64,000 nucleotides of DNA from Alphaproteobacteria bacterium (GCA_020850755.1 JADZEB010000025.1:9546-73545), one strand, 5' to 3'; shown: positions 1 to 8,692, counted from the stretch's first letter. The notes: generated by a model from the sequence alone, not told the origin. Numbers and translations are program-made.

Positions 1-679
1 CGTTCACCAGGATGTCGGTCGCGGCCAGGGCCTGCGTCGTCGGCGGCCAGGCGGCCACCACCGCGCCCGGCACGCTCGCCGCCGCCTGCGCCGCGGCCAG
101 GATGGTGCGGTTGCTGAGCGCGACCCGCGCCCCGCCGCCGGCAAGCGCCGCGGCGATCGCCCGGCCGGTGGCGCCGCAGCCCAGCACCATCACCCGCCGC
201 CCGGACAGGTCGCCGGCCTCGGCCCGCAGCGCGGCGAGCGCGGCATGGCCGTCGCTGTTCGCGCCTTCGACCCCGAGCGGCGTGCGATAGAGCGCATTCA
301 CCGCCCCGGCGGCGTGCGCGACCGGATCTATCCGCGCGAGCAGGCGCGCGACGCGTCCCTTGTGCGGCACCGCCACCGCGCCGCCCAGGAAGCGCGGGTC
401 GGCATGGAGCGCTTCGACCAGCGCCGGCAGCGCCGCCGCCTGCACGTCGAAGGGCAGCATCGCCGCATCCATGCCGAGCGCGGCGAACGCGGCATCCCAG
501 AGGCGCGGAGAGCGCGCCCCGCGCGAGGGGCACGCACCGATGATCGCCGCATAGCGCGCCGTGCGCAGATGGACGCGATTGTCGAGCAGCCGCGCGAACA
601 GCTGCTCATGAACCCGCTCGTCCTGGCAATCCTCGCGCAGCGGGGCAGGCGCGGCCAGCATGGGCCCGGCGGCCGGCAT
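1..679 (-). CDS. Shikimate dehydrogenase-family (AroE-like) NAD(P)-dependent oxidoreductase; 3' end runs off the window
   Basis: Absent from the ORF track because it has no stop inside the window. Manual minus-strand translation from ATG 679-677 gives MPAAGPMLAAP...YAAIIGACPSRGARSPRLWDAAF...GGAVAVPHKGRVARLL...AGAVNALYR...GANSDGHAALAAL...LSGRRVMVLGCGATGRAIAAALAGGGARVALSNRT... This shows the K/N/D substrate-site motifs and the glycine-rich Rossmann loop of shikimate/quinate dehydrogenases. The ATG lies 3 nt after the stop of the upstream gene. Confidence 0.6.
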   Translation of the reverse strand, partial: MPAAGPMLAAPAPLREDCQDERVHEQLFARLLDNRVHLRTARYAAIIGACPSRGARSPRLWDAAFAALGMDAAMLPFDVQAAALPALVEALHADPRFLGGAVAVPHKGRVARLLARIDPVAHAAGAVNALYRTPLGVEGANSDGHAALAALRAEAGDLSGRRVMVLGCGATGRAIAAALAGGGARVALSNRTILAAAQAAASVPGAVVAAWPPTTQALAATDILVN

Positions 680-682
680 GGC

Positions 683-1594
683 CTAGGCCGCCTCGCGAAG
701 GTCGGGCCTGACCTGGCGGCCGAGCGCATGCGCGATCCGGTCGAGATCACGCATAAGCCGCGAGAAGGCGGCATAGTCGATCGCCTGCAGCGGATCCACC
801 GCCGCCCTCGCCGGCTCGGGATGCACTTCCAGCATCACCCCGTCGGCGCCCGCCGCGACCGACGCTAGCGCCAGCGGCGCGACCCACTCGCGCCAGAAGG
901 TCGCGTGCGAGGGATCGGTGATGACCGGCAGGTGCGTCACCTCGCGCGCCGCCGGCACCACCTGCAGATCGAGCAGGAAGCGCGAGGTGGCGCGGTGCGT
1001 GTGCGGGGCGCTGATGCCGCGCTCGCACAGCACGACATTGTGGTTGCCCTCGACCATGATGTACTCCGCCGCGCCCAGCCAGTCGCGCAGCGACGCGCCG
1101 AAATGCCGCTTGAGCAGGATTGGCTTGCCCGTGCGCGCCGCCGCCGTGAGCAGCGGGTAGTTCTGCATGTTGCGCGCGCCGATCTGGACCATGTCGGCAA
1201 CCGCGCACACACCCGGAAGCTGCGCCTCGCTCATCACCTCGGTGACGACGAGAAGTCCGGTCTCGGCGCGTGCCTCGGCCAGCCAGCCAAGCGCCTCGGC
1301 GCCCGGCTCGAAATAGCTCGCGCTGCGATAGGGGAAGGTCAGCGGCTTGAAGGCACCGCCGCGCAGGAGGCTCGCGCCATGTGCCTTGGCCGTGCGCGCG
1401 ATATCCAGGATCAGCGCGCGGCTTTCGACCGTGTTCGGTCCCGCCATCACCGGCAACGTCTCGGCACCGAAGGCAACGCCGCCCACCTCGACGATGCTGC
1501 GATGGCCGGGATGTTTCGCCGCCGCGAGCGGGAACTTCGAGCGCATATCCTCCGCCGTGATGTCCTTGCCCGGCGCGGCATTCTCGATGGTCAT
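683..1594 (-). CDS. DAHP synthase / KDO8P synthase family (class I-beta-like) PEP-utilising aldolase, divergent active-site motifs
   Basis: 303-aa ORF with ATG start. Family motifs are LRGGAFKP, VQIGARNMQNYPLL, KPILLKR, AAEYI..GN..VVLCERGI, ITDPSH, GADGVMLEVHPEP. Atypical features are GPNTVES where metallo-enzymes have GPC..ES, and KPLT instead of KPRT. Confidence 0.7.
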   Translation of the reverse strand: MTIENAAPGKDITAEDMRSKFPLAAAKHPGHRSIVEVGGVAFGAETLPVMAGPNTVESRALILDIARTAKAHGASLLRGGAFKPLTFPYRSASYFEPGAEALGWLAEARAETGLLVVTEVMSEAQLPGVCAVADMVQIGARNMQNYPLLTAAARTGKPILLKRHFGASLRDWLGAAEYIMVEGNHNVVLCERGISAPHTHRATSRFLLDLQVVPAAREVTHLPVITDPSHATFWREWVAPLALASVAAGADGVMLEVHPEPARAAVDPLQAIDYAAFSRLMRDLDRIAHALGRQVRPDLREAA

Positions 1595-1600
1595 TGCGCG

Positions 1601-2746
1601 TCAGCCCTCCATGTATGCCGGTCGATGGTCCGGTGCGGTCTCCGGCGCGGCGGGATCGATGCCGAGCCGCGCCGAATGCGCCCGCTCGGCCAGCGTGACC
1701 CAAGCGCCGCGCTCCATGCTGGCGTAGAGCGCGTGCAGCAGTTGCAGCGACTTCGCCGCCTCGGCCACGGACACCGGCACGAGCGCCGGATCGCGCGCGC
1801 GCACCGCTGCCAGCATCGCGCGCAGGCAGCCGAGATGGCCGTTGCCATAGCCGTCGCGCACGACCTCGGAATGGGCGGCGCAGGCGGCATCGTCGGACGG
1901 ATCGCGTGCTGCCGGCTCCCACGCCTCCAGGCGGTTAAGCCCGACGCCGCCCACCCGCGCATAGGCGCCCTCGCCGACGATGGTCAGCGCCGCCTCGTGG
2001 TCCTGCGGGCGCGCCGCGGTGGTGGCCTCGATCGTGCCCATGGCACCCGAGGCGAAGCGCAGCACCGCCACGGCGGTGTCCTCGGCTTCCAGCCGGTTGA
2101 CGCGTGCCGCGCCATGCGCGCACACGGCCGCCACCGGCCCCATCAGCCATTGCAGCGCGTCGAGATGGTGGATCGCCTGCTGCGCCAGCACCCCGCCATC
2201 GAGCCGCCAGGTGCCGTGCCAGCCATCCTCGTAATAGGGCTGGCGGCGGCACCAGTGGACGCGCACCGAGCCGAGCACGGCGCGCCCGAAGCGCCCGCCA
2301 TCGATCGCCGCGCGCAGGAAGCGCAGCGGCGCGTTGAAGCGGTTCTGCTTGACCACGCCGAGCAGCGCGCCCACCCGCGCGGCCGCCTGCGCCATGCGCG
2401 TCGCGTCATCCGGGCGCAGGCAGACCGGCTTCTCCACCAGTACGGAGAGGCCCGCCTCGAGCAGCGCGTTGGCGTGGCCGGCATGGTTGCCGCTCTCGGT
2501 CAGCACGCAGACAAGGTCGGGGGCGTGCGCCGCAAGCCCGGCCATCTCCGCCACCGCCGCGCAGCCGAACTGTGCGACGAAGGGCGCCATGCGCTCGGGC
2601 CGGCGGTCGCACACGGCGACGAGCTCGGCCTCGGCGGCGAGCGCGCCTGCCAGGAGCTCGCGATAGCGCTGCGCGACGCGCCCGCAGCCGAGCAAGGCAA
2701 TACGCACGCGCGGGCCTGGCATGGGATCGAGCGGATCACGCGGCAT
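1601..2746 (-). CDS. Gfo/Idh/MocA family NAD(P)-dependent sugar oxidoreductase
   Basis: N-terminal Rossmann RIALLGCGRVAQRY, then the EKP motif (VLVEKPV) and a C-terminal alpha/beta domain. I chose start ATG 2746 because GGAGG lies 6 nt upstream. The longer ORF-track start 2872 would run through the upstream gene. Confidence 0.75.
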   Translation of the reverse strand: MPRDPLDPMPGPRVRIALLGCGRVAQRYRELLAGALAAEAELVAVCDRRPERMAPFVAQFGCAAVAEMAGLAAHAPDLVCVLTESGNHAGHANALLEAGLSVLVEKPVCLRPDDATRMAQAAARVGALLGVVKQNRFNAPLRFLRAAIDGGRFGRAVLGSVRVHWCRRQPYYEDGWHGTWRLDGGVLAQQAIHHLDALQWLMGPVAAVCAHGAARVNRLEAEDTAVAVLRFASGAMGTIEATTAARPQDHEAALTIVGEGAYARVGGVGLNRLEAWEPAARDPSDDAACAAHSEVVRDGYGNGHLGCLRAMLAAVRARDPALVPVSVAEAAKSLQLLHALYASMERGAWVTLAERAHSARLGIDPAAPETAPDHRPAYMEG

Positions 2747-3890
2747 GTCGCACCTCCGTGCTGGTGCGCGCAGCCGGACGCAGCGCCGGGTGCGGGCGGC
2801 CCCAGGCCAGTGCGCGATAGAGCGATGCGTGCAGGCTCGCGGTGCGCGCCGGATCGAACAGGGCCTCGACACGCCGGCGCGCGCGCGCGATCAGCGCCAC
2901 GCGCCCCAGCCCGGCGGTGGTGGCGCGGCGCAGCGCGGCAGCGAGCGCCCCGGCATCGCCCTGCGCCGCGAGATGGCCCTCGACCCCATCGGCGATCAGC
3001 TCGGCAGTGCCAGGCAGCCGCGATGCGACCACCGGCACGCCGAGCGCCATCGCTTCCACCGCCGCGAGCGGCAATCCCTCCCAGCGCGAGGGCAGCAGCA
3101 ACGCGCCGGCCCCGGCCAGCTTCGCGAGCAGGGTCTCGCGCGGCAGCGTGCCCAGCATCTCGATCCGGTCGGCGAGGCCCGCGCGCGCCGCCGCGCGCCG
3201 GAAGGCGGGGCCGAGGGGTCCGTCGCCGATCACCCGCATCCGGTAGCCGTCGCGGGCGAGACAGCCCAGCACCTCGATCGCCAGGAGCGGGTTCTTCTGC
3301 TCGACCAGCCGCCCGACGAAGGCGATCAGCCGCAGGTCGGGCACCCCGGCCGCCGGCAACGCGGGAAGTCCGATCGCGGCATGGCACACCGCCTGGGGTG
3401 TGGCGGCAGGCACGAGGCGCCAACAGCGCGCGATCGCGGCATCGGCGGCGCAGCAGAAGATCACGCCGGCGGCGGCACGCCCGATCGCGGCCTCGGCCAG
3501 CGCGCCGAGATGGCGCGTGCCCGCAGACTTCCCGGTGAAATGGTAGCCATGCACCGAATAGAGCATCGGCACCCGCAGGCGCAGGCGCGCGCCCAGCATC
3601 GCGAAGGCGGCGCGCCCGCCATGCGCATGCAGCAGCGCAGGCCGCAGCCCGTGCAGGCGGCGCGCGAGCGAGAGGGCGAGTGCGGGATCGAAGCGGCTGC
3701 GGAAGAAGCGCGCCGGGTGCACGATCACGCCCATGCGGGCCGCCTCGGCCGCGAGGTGCGAGTCCGCTTCTGTGAGCAGATGCGTCTCGATGCCGGCCTC
3801 GCGCGAGAGGCCCGCGAACAGCGCGAGCAGGTGCGTGGTGCAGCCGCCCGCCGCCCCGTCGGCCACCGCATGCAGGATGCGCAGCGTCAT
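2736..3890 (-). CDS. Glycosyltransferase, GT-B fold, GT4-like
   Basis: 384 aa. C-terminal signature LLLPSRWEGLPLAAVEAMALGVPVVAS..G..ELI (the E-x7-E region) is typical of GT4 retaining glycosyltransferases. The ATGA overlap at 3887-3890 couples it to the upstream gene. Confidence 0.8.
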   Translation of the reverse strand: MTLRILHAVADGAAGGCTTHLLALFAGLSREAGIETHLLTEADSHLAAEAARMGVIVHPARFFRSRFDPALALSLARRLHGLRPALLHAHGGRAAFAMLGARLRLRVPMLYSVHGYHFTGKSAGTRHLGALAEAAIGRAAAGVIFCCAADAAIARCWRLVPAATPQAVCHAAIGLPALPAAGVPDLRLIAFVGRLVEQKNPLLAIEVLGCLARDGYRMRVIGDGPLGPAFRRAAARAGLADRIEMLGTLPRETLLAKLAGAGALLLPSRWEGLPLAAVEAMALGVPVVASRLPGTAELIADGVEGHLAAQGDAGALAAALRRATTAGLGRVALIARARRRVEALFDPARTASLHASLYRALAWGRPHPALRPAARTSTEVRHAA

Positions 3891-4615
3891 GCCCCGCCTC
3901 CCGGCGCGGGGGCGCGCCGGTTGACGATGAAGCTCTTGCCGTGCCAGCCGAACAGGTGCCAGTCGACCAGCGCGATCCCGGGATGCGCGGCACGGAACTC
4001 GGCCAGCGCACGCTGCTCGCCGCGCGTCGCATCGCCCGCGAAGCAGAAATAGTCGTCGAAGCAGAGCACGGTGCCGGTTTGCAGATAGGGCACTAGCCAG
4101 GCCAGCGCATCGCGCGTGGATTCATAGAGGTCGCAGTCGATGAACACGAGCGCGGCGCGGCGCAGCGAAAGGCGCATGCGCAGGCCCTCGGTCAGGCTGT
4201 CGCGATAGAAGCCCGGCACGGCGGTGTAGCGCTCGCGCGGCACGCCCAGCGCGCGGGCGGCCTGCTCGAAGGTGGGCAAGTCCATCGCGAACTGGCCGCG
4301 CGCGAAGGTGCTGCCGGCATCGGGGCCGCGCGGATCGGGCAGACCGGCGAAGGAGTCGAACACATAGAGATGCCAGGGCAGCGCGAAGCGCCGCGCCACC
4401 TTCCAGGCCGCGGCGAAGCTGCGCGCGCGGCAGCAGCCGAATTCGAGATAGTCGCCCGCGATGCGGTTGGTGTGGATGAACTCCGCCGCCAGCCGGATCA
4501 TCGGCGCATAGGCGTGGTTGGAGCGCGCCGCCTGCGCCCGCTCGACCAGCCGGGCGAATCCCTGCCAGGCAGGGCGCACCGCACGGCGCCAGAGCGGAGC
4601 GGCGATCGCGCTCAT
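3887..4615 (-). CDS. TylF/MycF-like (macrocin O-methyltransferase family) SAM-dependent sugar O-methyltransferase
   Basis: 242 aa. GDYLEFGCCRARS (SAM loop), VFDSFAGLP and VFIDCDLYESTRDAL (metal-binding D-x-D-x-Y-E-S) resemble the TylF family. ATGA overlap with the upstream gene at 4612-4615. Confidence 0.7.
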   Translation of the reverse strand: MSAIAAPLWRRAVRPAWQGFARLVERAQAARSNHAYAPMIRLAAEFIHTNRIAGDYLEFGCCRARSFAAAWKVARRFALPWHLYVFDSFAGLPDPRGPDAGSTFARGQFAMDLPTFEQAARALGVPRERYTAVPGFYRDSLTEGLRMRLSLRRAALVFIDCDLYESTRDALAWLVPYLQTGTVLCFDDYFCFAGDATRGEQRALAEFRAAHPGIALVDWHLFGWHGKSFIVNRRAPAPGGGA

Positions 4616-5826
4616 GGCATCGCCGCCTCGGCAGCATGTGCCGGTTCGCGCGCAAGCAGGTCGTCATAGCCAAGCAGCCGGGCGCCGCAGTCGAGATAGG
4701 GCCCGGCCTGGCGGCGCACATCCTCCTCCCAGGCGGAGGCGATCAGCACGATGCGCGGCCGCAGGCGGCGTAGCATCCCCGGCGGCAGCACCGGATTGCC
4801 GGTCACGGCCAGGCGCTTGCCATGGTTGCGCGGATTGGGATCGACGCATGGCATCGCGGCATCGAAACCGCCGTCGATCGCATACTGCGTGGCGATCGCC
4901 CCGCTGCCCCAGAGGGCGATCCCGCCTGCGGCGGCGAGCGCGCGCAGGGCACGGCGATAGCGCGCGAAGCCCTGGGCGAAGCGCGCCAGCATCTCGGCCT
5001 GTGCCGCGTCATCCATCGCGGGCCGCACGACGGGCACGCTGCCGCCCGGCACGCGGCGGGCGAAGGCACACAGGAACGGGAAGCGCATGGGGCCGAACGC
5101 ATTCTCGATCCGCACGGCGTCGCCAAGCTCCGCCCCGCGCAGGCAGGCAAGCAGGCTCGCCGGCGCGAAGTAGCTCAGATGGTCGGCGTGGAACTCGGGC
5201 AGATAGCCGGCCGAGAGCGACCACTGGCTGTTCGGCACCTCGACATAGGCGAGCCCGCCCGGCGCCAGCAGCCGCGCCGCGTCGGCGAGGAAGTCGAGCG
5301 GTGCCGGCACATGCTCGAGCACGTGGCGGAGCACGATGGCATCGAAGCGCTCGGCGCCGAAGTCATCGGCGCGGAACGGCCGCAGATGCATCTCGATGCC
5401 GAACTCCTGCGCCCGCAACGCGACCGGCGACGGCTCCACCCCTGTCACGCGCAGGCCGCGATCGCGCAGCCGGAGCAGGAAACTGCCATCGAATGCGCCG
5501 ATCTCCAGCACGCGCGCCCCGCGCGGCAACTCGGTGGCGATGCGCGCGGCAACCGCATCGTTCCACGCAACCTGCGAGGGCGAGAGGGCGGGCGGTGTCT
5601 TGCCCTCATAGGCGGCGCCATAGAGGCGCGCGAGCAGGGGCTCGACCGGCCCGGCAAGATCGAGATGGCCCGAGACATGCCCGGTGCCGGGATCGCAGAC
5701 GAGGTCCATCGGCGCGACCGCATCGGGCGCCGGTGCGGCCGCGGGCTTGTTCGCGAGCGCGATCGCCGGCAGCCGCAGGAAGGGCACCAGCATCCGGCCA
5801 GTCAGGCGGCAGGGCAACCTGGTCAT
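4612..5826 (-). CDS. Class I SAM methyltransferase with C-terminal NDP-hexose C-methyltransferase-type domain (TylCIII-like)
   Basis: SAM loop VLEIGAFDGSFL and acidic loop RVTGVEPS, followed by RHVLEHVP..FL. The C-terminal block IALWGSGAIATQY..VDPNPRNHGKRLAVTGNPVLPP...IVLIASAWEEDV resembles the C-methyltransferase C-terminal domain. Start ATG 5826 gives an ATGA overlap with the upstream stop. The ORF-track N-terminus (to 6171) is Arg-rich junk overlapping the upstream gene. Confidence 0.65.
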   Translation of the reverse strand: MTRLPCRLTGRMLVPFLRLPAIALANKPAAAPAPDAVAPMDLVCDPGTGHVSGHLDLAGPVEPLLARLYGAAYEGKTPPALSPSQVAWNDAVAARIATELPRGARVLEIGAFDGSFLLRLRDRGLRVTGVEPSPVALRAQEFGIEMHLRPFRADDFGAERFDAIVLRHVLEHVPAPLDFLADAARLLAPGGLAYVEVPNSQWSLSAGYLPEFHADHLSYFAPASLLACLRGAELGDAVRIENAFGPMRFPFLCAFARRVPGGSVPVVRPAMDDAAQAEMLARFAQGFARYRRALRALAAAGGIALWGSGAIATQYAIDGGFDAAMPCVDPNPRNHGKRLAVTGNPVLPPGMLRRLRPRIVLIASAWEEDVRRQAGPYLDCGARLLGYDDLLAREPAHAAEAAMP

Positions 5827-7052
5827 GTCGCCTCGCGCGGATGCGGCAGCGCCGGCGCTGCGATCGCGCGGCCCGCGCCGGGACGCACCATGCGCAGCAA
5901 TGTGCGGTCTAGCCGCCGCCCGATCCGCTCGTGCCAGCGCCGCCAGCCGGACTGGTAGAGACGCCATTGCGCGCCGACCTCGGCACCGCCCGCGCCCGGC
6001 GGCCCGCCGACAGCGTGATCGGTACGATCGGCGACCCTGCCGCTGTCGAGCGCGGCGGCCACGCGCAGCCACACCGCATCGACCGAGGGCGCGGGGTGGG
6101 CGAGATAGTGCATCGGCGTGCCCATCATGTTCTGCCGCCGTGTCTCGGGCTCGGCCGAGGCATGGCCCCATTCGATCGTCGGCACGCCGAAGCCGAGCAT
6201 CACCAGCATCGCGCCCGAAAGCCCGCCCACCGCGAACCGGCAGCGCCGCGCCGCCGCCACCTGCAGGCCGAGCCGGCGCTCGTCGGGCACATGGATCAGG
6301 TCGATGGCACCGTGCGGCACCTCGCCTTCGGCGAACCAGCAGCCGCCCGGCTCGCCGATCACCACGACGCGCGGGCGTAACGGATGTTCGAGCAGCCGCG
6401 CGATGAGGTCGTGGTAGTTCTCCTCGGGCCAGTTCTTGTCCGGCCTGCGCCCGGTGCGCCGCCGCGGCAGCACGGCGACCGCCGGCCGGTCGCCCGCGAA
6501 CAGATCCGGCGCAATCGAGGACAGCATGTCCTCGTCGGCCGGATCGGTCTCGATCGGTCTCCAGAGCTGCACCTCGGGCTCGATGCGCAGGGTCACCGGC
6601 GCGGGCGAGAACCGTCCAAGCGGCGAGAACCAGGTGCCCCAGCTTCGCGCGGGATCGAACAGGCAGGTGAACAGGCCCGCCGGCGCCAGCGCCCTCCTGA
6701 ACGGCCCGACCTCGGCACGGTAGTAGGCGAGCAGCCGCTCATGATGCAGCGCCACGCAGCGCGCATAGGACGCACCGTCCGGTATGGCCGGCCAGTCGCC
6801 GAACCACTGGTCGCAAACATAGGCGTTGGCGGAGAGCCGCAGCTCGCGGAACCAGTCGGGATGCGCATGCACAGTGACGCCCCGGCCATAGAGCGGCGCG
6901 CGGCCCGGAAAGCTCGCGACATGGATGTCGTAGTCGCCAGCGGCTTCGGCGGCGAAGCGGCGGACATAGCCGGCGAAGAAGGACTGCTCCCAGCCGAACT
7001 CGCCGACGAAGGGACCGAACAGGATGGCGGGCTTGCGGGCCATGCGGCGCAC
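5823..7052 (-). CDS. Putative glycosyltransferase, GT9 (heptosyltransferase)-like GT-B fold; otherwise uncharacterised
   Basis: 409 aa. The weak resemblance to GT9 rests on RRPDKNWPEENYHDLIARLLE..PRVVVIGEPG and LQVAAARRCRFAVGGLSGAMLVMLGFGVPTI (compare K.WP...vvl.G and DSG..HlAaa.G.P). The start is ambiguous between GTG 7052 and ATG 7043, and neither has a clear SD. Confidence 0.4.
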   Translation of the reverse strand: MRRMARKPAILFGPFVGEFGWEQSFFAGYVRRFAAEAAGDYDIHVASFPGRAPLYGRGVTVHAHPDWFRELRLSANAYVCDQWFGDWPAIPDGASYARCVALHHERLLAYYRAEVGPFRRALAPAGLFTCLFDPARSWGTWFSPLGRFSPAPVTLRIEPEVQLWRPIETDPADEDMLSSIAPDLFAGDRPAVAVLPRRRTGRRPDKNWPEENYHDLIARLLEHPLRPRVVVIGEPGGCWFAEGEVPHGAIDLIHVPDERRLGLQVAAARRCRFAVGGLSGAMLVMLGFGVPTIEWGHASAEPETRRQNMMGTPMHYLAHPAPSVDAVWLRVAAALDSGRVADRTDHAVGGPPGAGGAEVGAQWRLYQSGWRRWHERIGRRLDRTLLRMVRPGAGRAIAAPALPHPREAT

Positions 7053-7057
7053 CGGGG

Positions 7058-8665
7058 CTAGAGGATCGCGCGCACGAAGCGCAGGAGGGCGGCGCGCGAG
7101 AGCGCCTCGCGATTGCCGACGATGGTGCAGGCGATCGCGCCGGCCGCCGCCGCGAGCAGGGCGGCCGCGATTCCGCGCAGCCGCGCCGCCCGGCAGAGAG
7201 TCAGCATCGCCAGCACCGCGTCGCCGGCGCCGACCGGATCGACGATCCGCGTGGCGAGCGCCGGCACGGCAGTGACGCCGCCTGCCTCGCCGAGGCCGAG
7301 GCCATGCCGCCCACGCGTGACGACCAGTTCGCGGCAGCCGAGCCGCGCGCCCAGCACAGGCCAGAGCGCGGCGAACTCCCCCTCGCGGCAGCCGACGGCA
7401 AGCCGGGCTTCGAGCTCGTCGATGCAGACCAGATCGGCGCCGCGATAGCGCGTCACCAGGTTGAAGCCGAAATTGGTGGAGTTGGTCTGCACGTTGAGCG
7501 CAACAAAGGGCAATGCCGGGCGCAGCGCGGCCCAGGCTTCGGGCCCCAGCAGGCCGTGGCCGAAATCGGCCCAGATCACCGCGTCGGCATGCGCGAGAGC
7601 CGCCGGCGGGCGGTCCACGACCTGGACCATGAAGGCGCGCGCGGCGGCGGCACCGTCATCGAGATGGGCGAGCTCGAACAGCTTCTGCGGCCGCTCATCC
7701 GTGCCCGCCCGATCCCCCGGCGGCGCGCCGGGGTTGAGCACGTTCGGATAGCCGCTGGCAAGATAACGGATCTTGTGCGGCGTGGTGCCATCCGGCACGA
7801 CCACCCAGTCCGCTCGCACATTGGCGGGCAGGCTCTCGGCCATCAGCGCATCGAAGCGCCAGTTGCGCTCGCCCCTCTGGGCGATCAGCGTCACCTCGCG
7901 CGCGAAGGCCCCCACATGGCGCGCGATCGCCGCCGCCCCGCCTGCCATCAGCTCCGTCCCGCGCCAGAGCGCGGATATGGCCGGCGATTTCGACGTCGTG
8001 CCGACCGGCGTGCAGGACAAGTATTCGTCCACGATCACATCGCCGCAGACACCGACCGAGAGCGCGGCGAAGCGATCTCCTATGATCTCCTCGATCTCGT
8101 CGCGCGAGGTCTCGCGCCGCACCCGGTCGAGGAAGGCGTGCGTCTCGGGCGGCAGGTCGAGCAGCCTGAAGGATCGCATCAGCGCGGATGATGAGTGCTT
8201 TTCGGTATCGGTAATGACCAGCCGCCCGCCATGCGTCTCGACCGCGGCCCGCTCGGACGCGAGCGCGGCATCGGCCTCGCCGGCAAGCGCCGCCGCATAG
8301 TCCGGGCCCTTGAAGTAGCAGTCGGGGCGAACGAGCGCGATCGCGCCGATAGCGGTCGCTTCCGCGGCGATGAACACCGCATCGACCGGTTCGAGCGCGG
8401 CGAGGAAGCCTGCCCGCGTCTCGGCATCGAACAATGGCCGGCCCGGCCCCTTGGCGATGAAGGCATCCGCCGTGAGCGAAACCACAAGGCAATCCACCTC
8501 GGCGCGGGCGGCGGCGAAATGCGCCAGATGCCCCGGATGGACGAGATCGAAGCAGCCATGGCAGAGCCCGATCCGCGCCCCTTGCGCGCGGCGGGCGGCA
8601 AGGTAGGCTTGCAGCCCCGCGGCATCGAACCGCTTGGCCGCGCGGCGCCGGCTGATCGCGTTCAT
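7058..8665 (-). CDS. Bifunctional nucleotidyltransferase / PfkB-family sugar kinase (HldE/RfaE-like, domains in reversed order)
   Basis: 535 aa. The N-terminus IGLCHGCFDLVHPGHLAHFAAAR..DCLVVSLTAD...RPLF..E.R is a cytidylyltransferase-fold HxGH motif like RfaE domain II. The C-terminal ~330 aa form a ribokinase/PfkB fold ending in DPVGAGDAVLA (the DxxGAGD anion hole). Confidence 0.75.
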   Translation of the reverse strand: MNAISRRRAAKRFDAAGLQAYLAARRAQGARIGLCHGCFDLVHPGHLAHFAAARAEVDCLVVSLTADAFIAKGPGRPLFDAETRAGFLAALEPVDAVFIAAEATAIGAIALVRPDCYFKGPDYAAALAGEADAALASERAAVETHGGRLVITDTEKHSSSALMRSFRLLDLPPETHAFLDRVRRETSRDEIEEIIGDRFAALSVGVCGDVIVDEYLSCTPVGTTSKSPAISALWRGTELMAGGAAAIARHVGAFAREVTLIAQRGERNWRFDALMAESLPANVRADWVVVPDGTTPHKIRYLASGYPNVLNPGAPPGDRAGTDERPQKLFELAHLDDGAAAARAFMVQVVDRPPAALAHADAVIWADFGHGLLGPEAWAALRPALPFVALNVQTNSTNFGFNLVTRYRGADLVCIDELEARLAVGCREGEFAALWPVLGARLGCRELVVTRGRHGLGLGEAGGVTAVPALATRIVDPVGAGDAVLAMLTLCRAARLRGIAAALLAAAAGAIACTIVGNREALSRAALLRFVRAIL

Positions 8666-8692
8666 GGCATCCTGCCCTGACGAATGGCTCGA

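Noticed and set aside
905-3538. 877-aa plus-strand ORF, plus the similar overlapping ORFs 747-1922(-), 2500-4032(-), 2721-4052(+) and 4518-5912(+)
   Set aside because: They lie antisense to, or out of frame with, genes that carry clear family motifs. Their translations are Arg/Ala/Gly/Pro-rich low-complexity strings without any motif. This is the usual shadow-ORF artefact of very GC-rich DNA.
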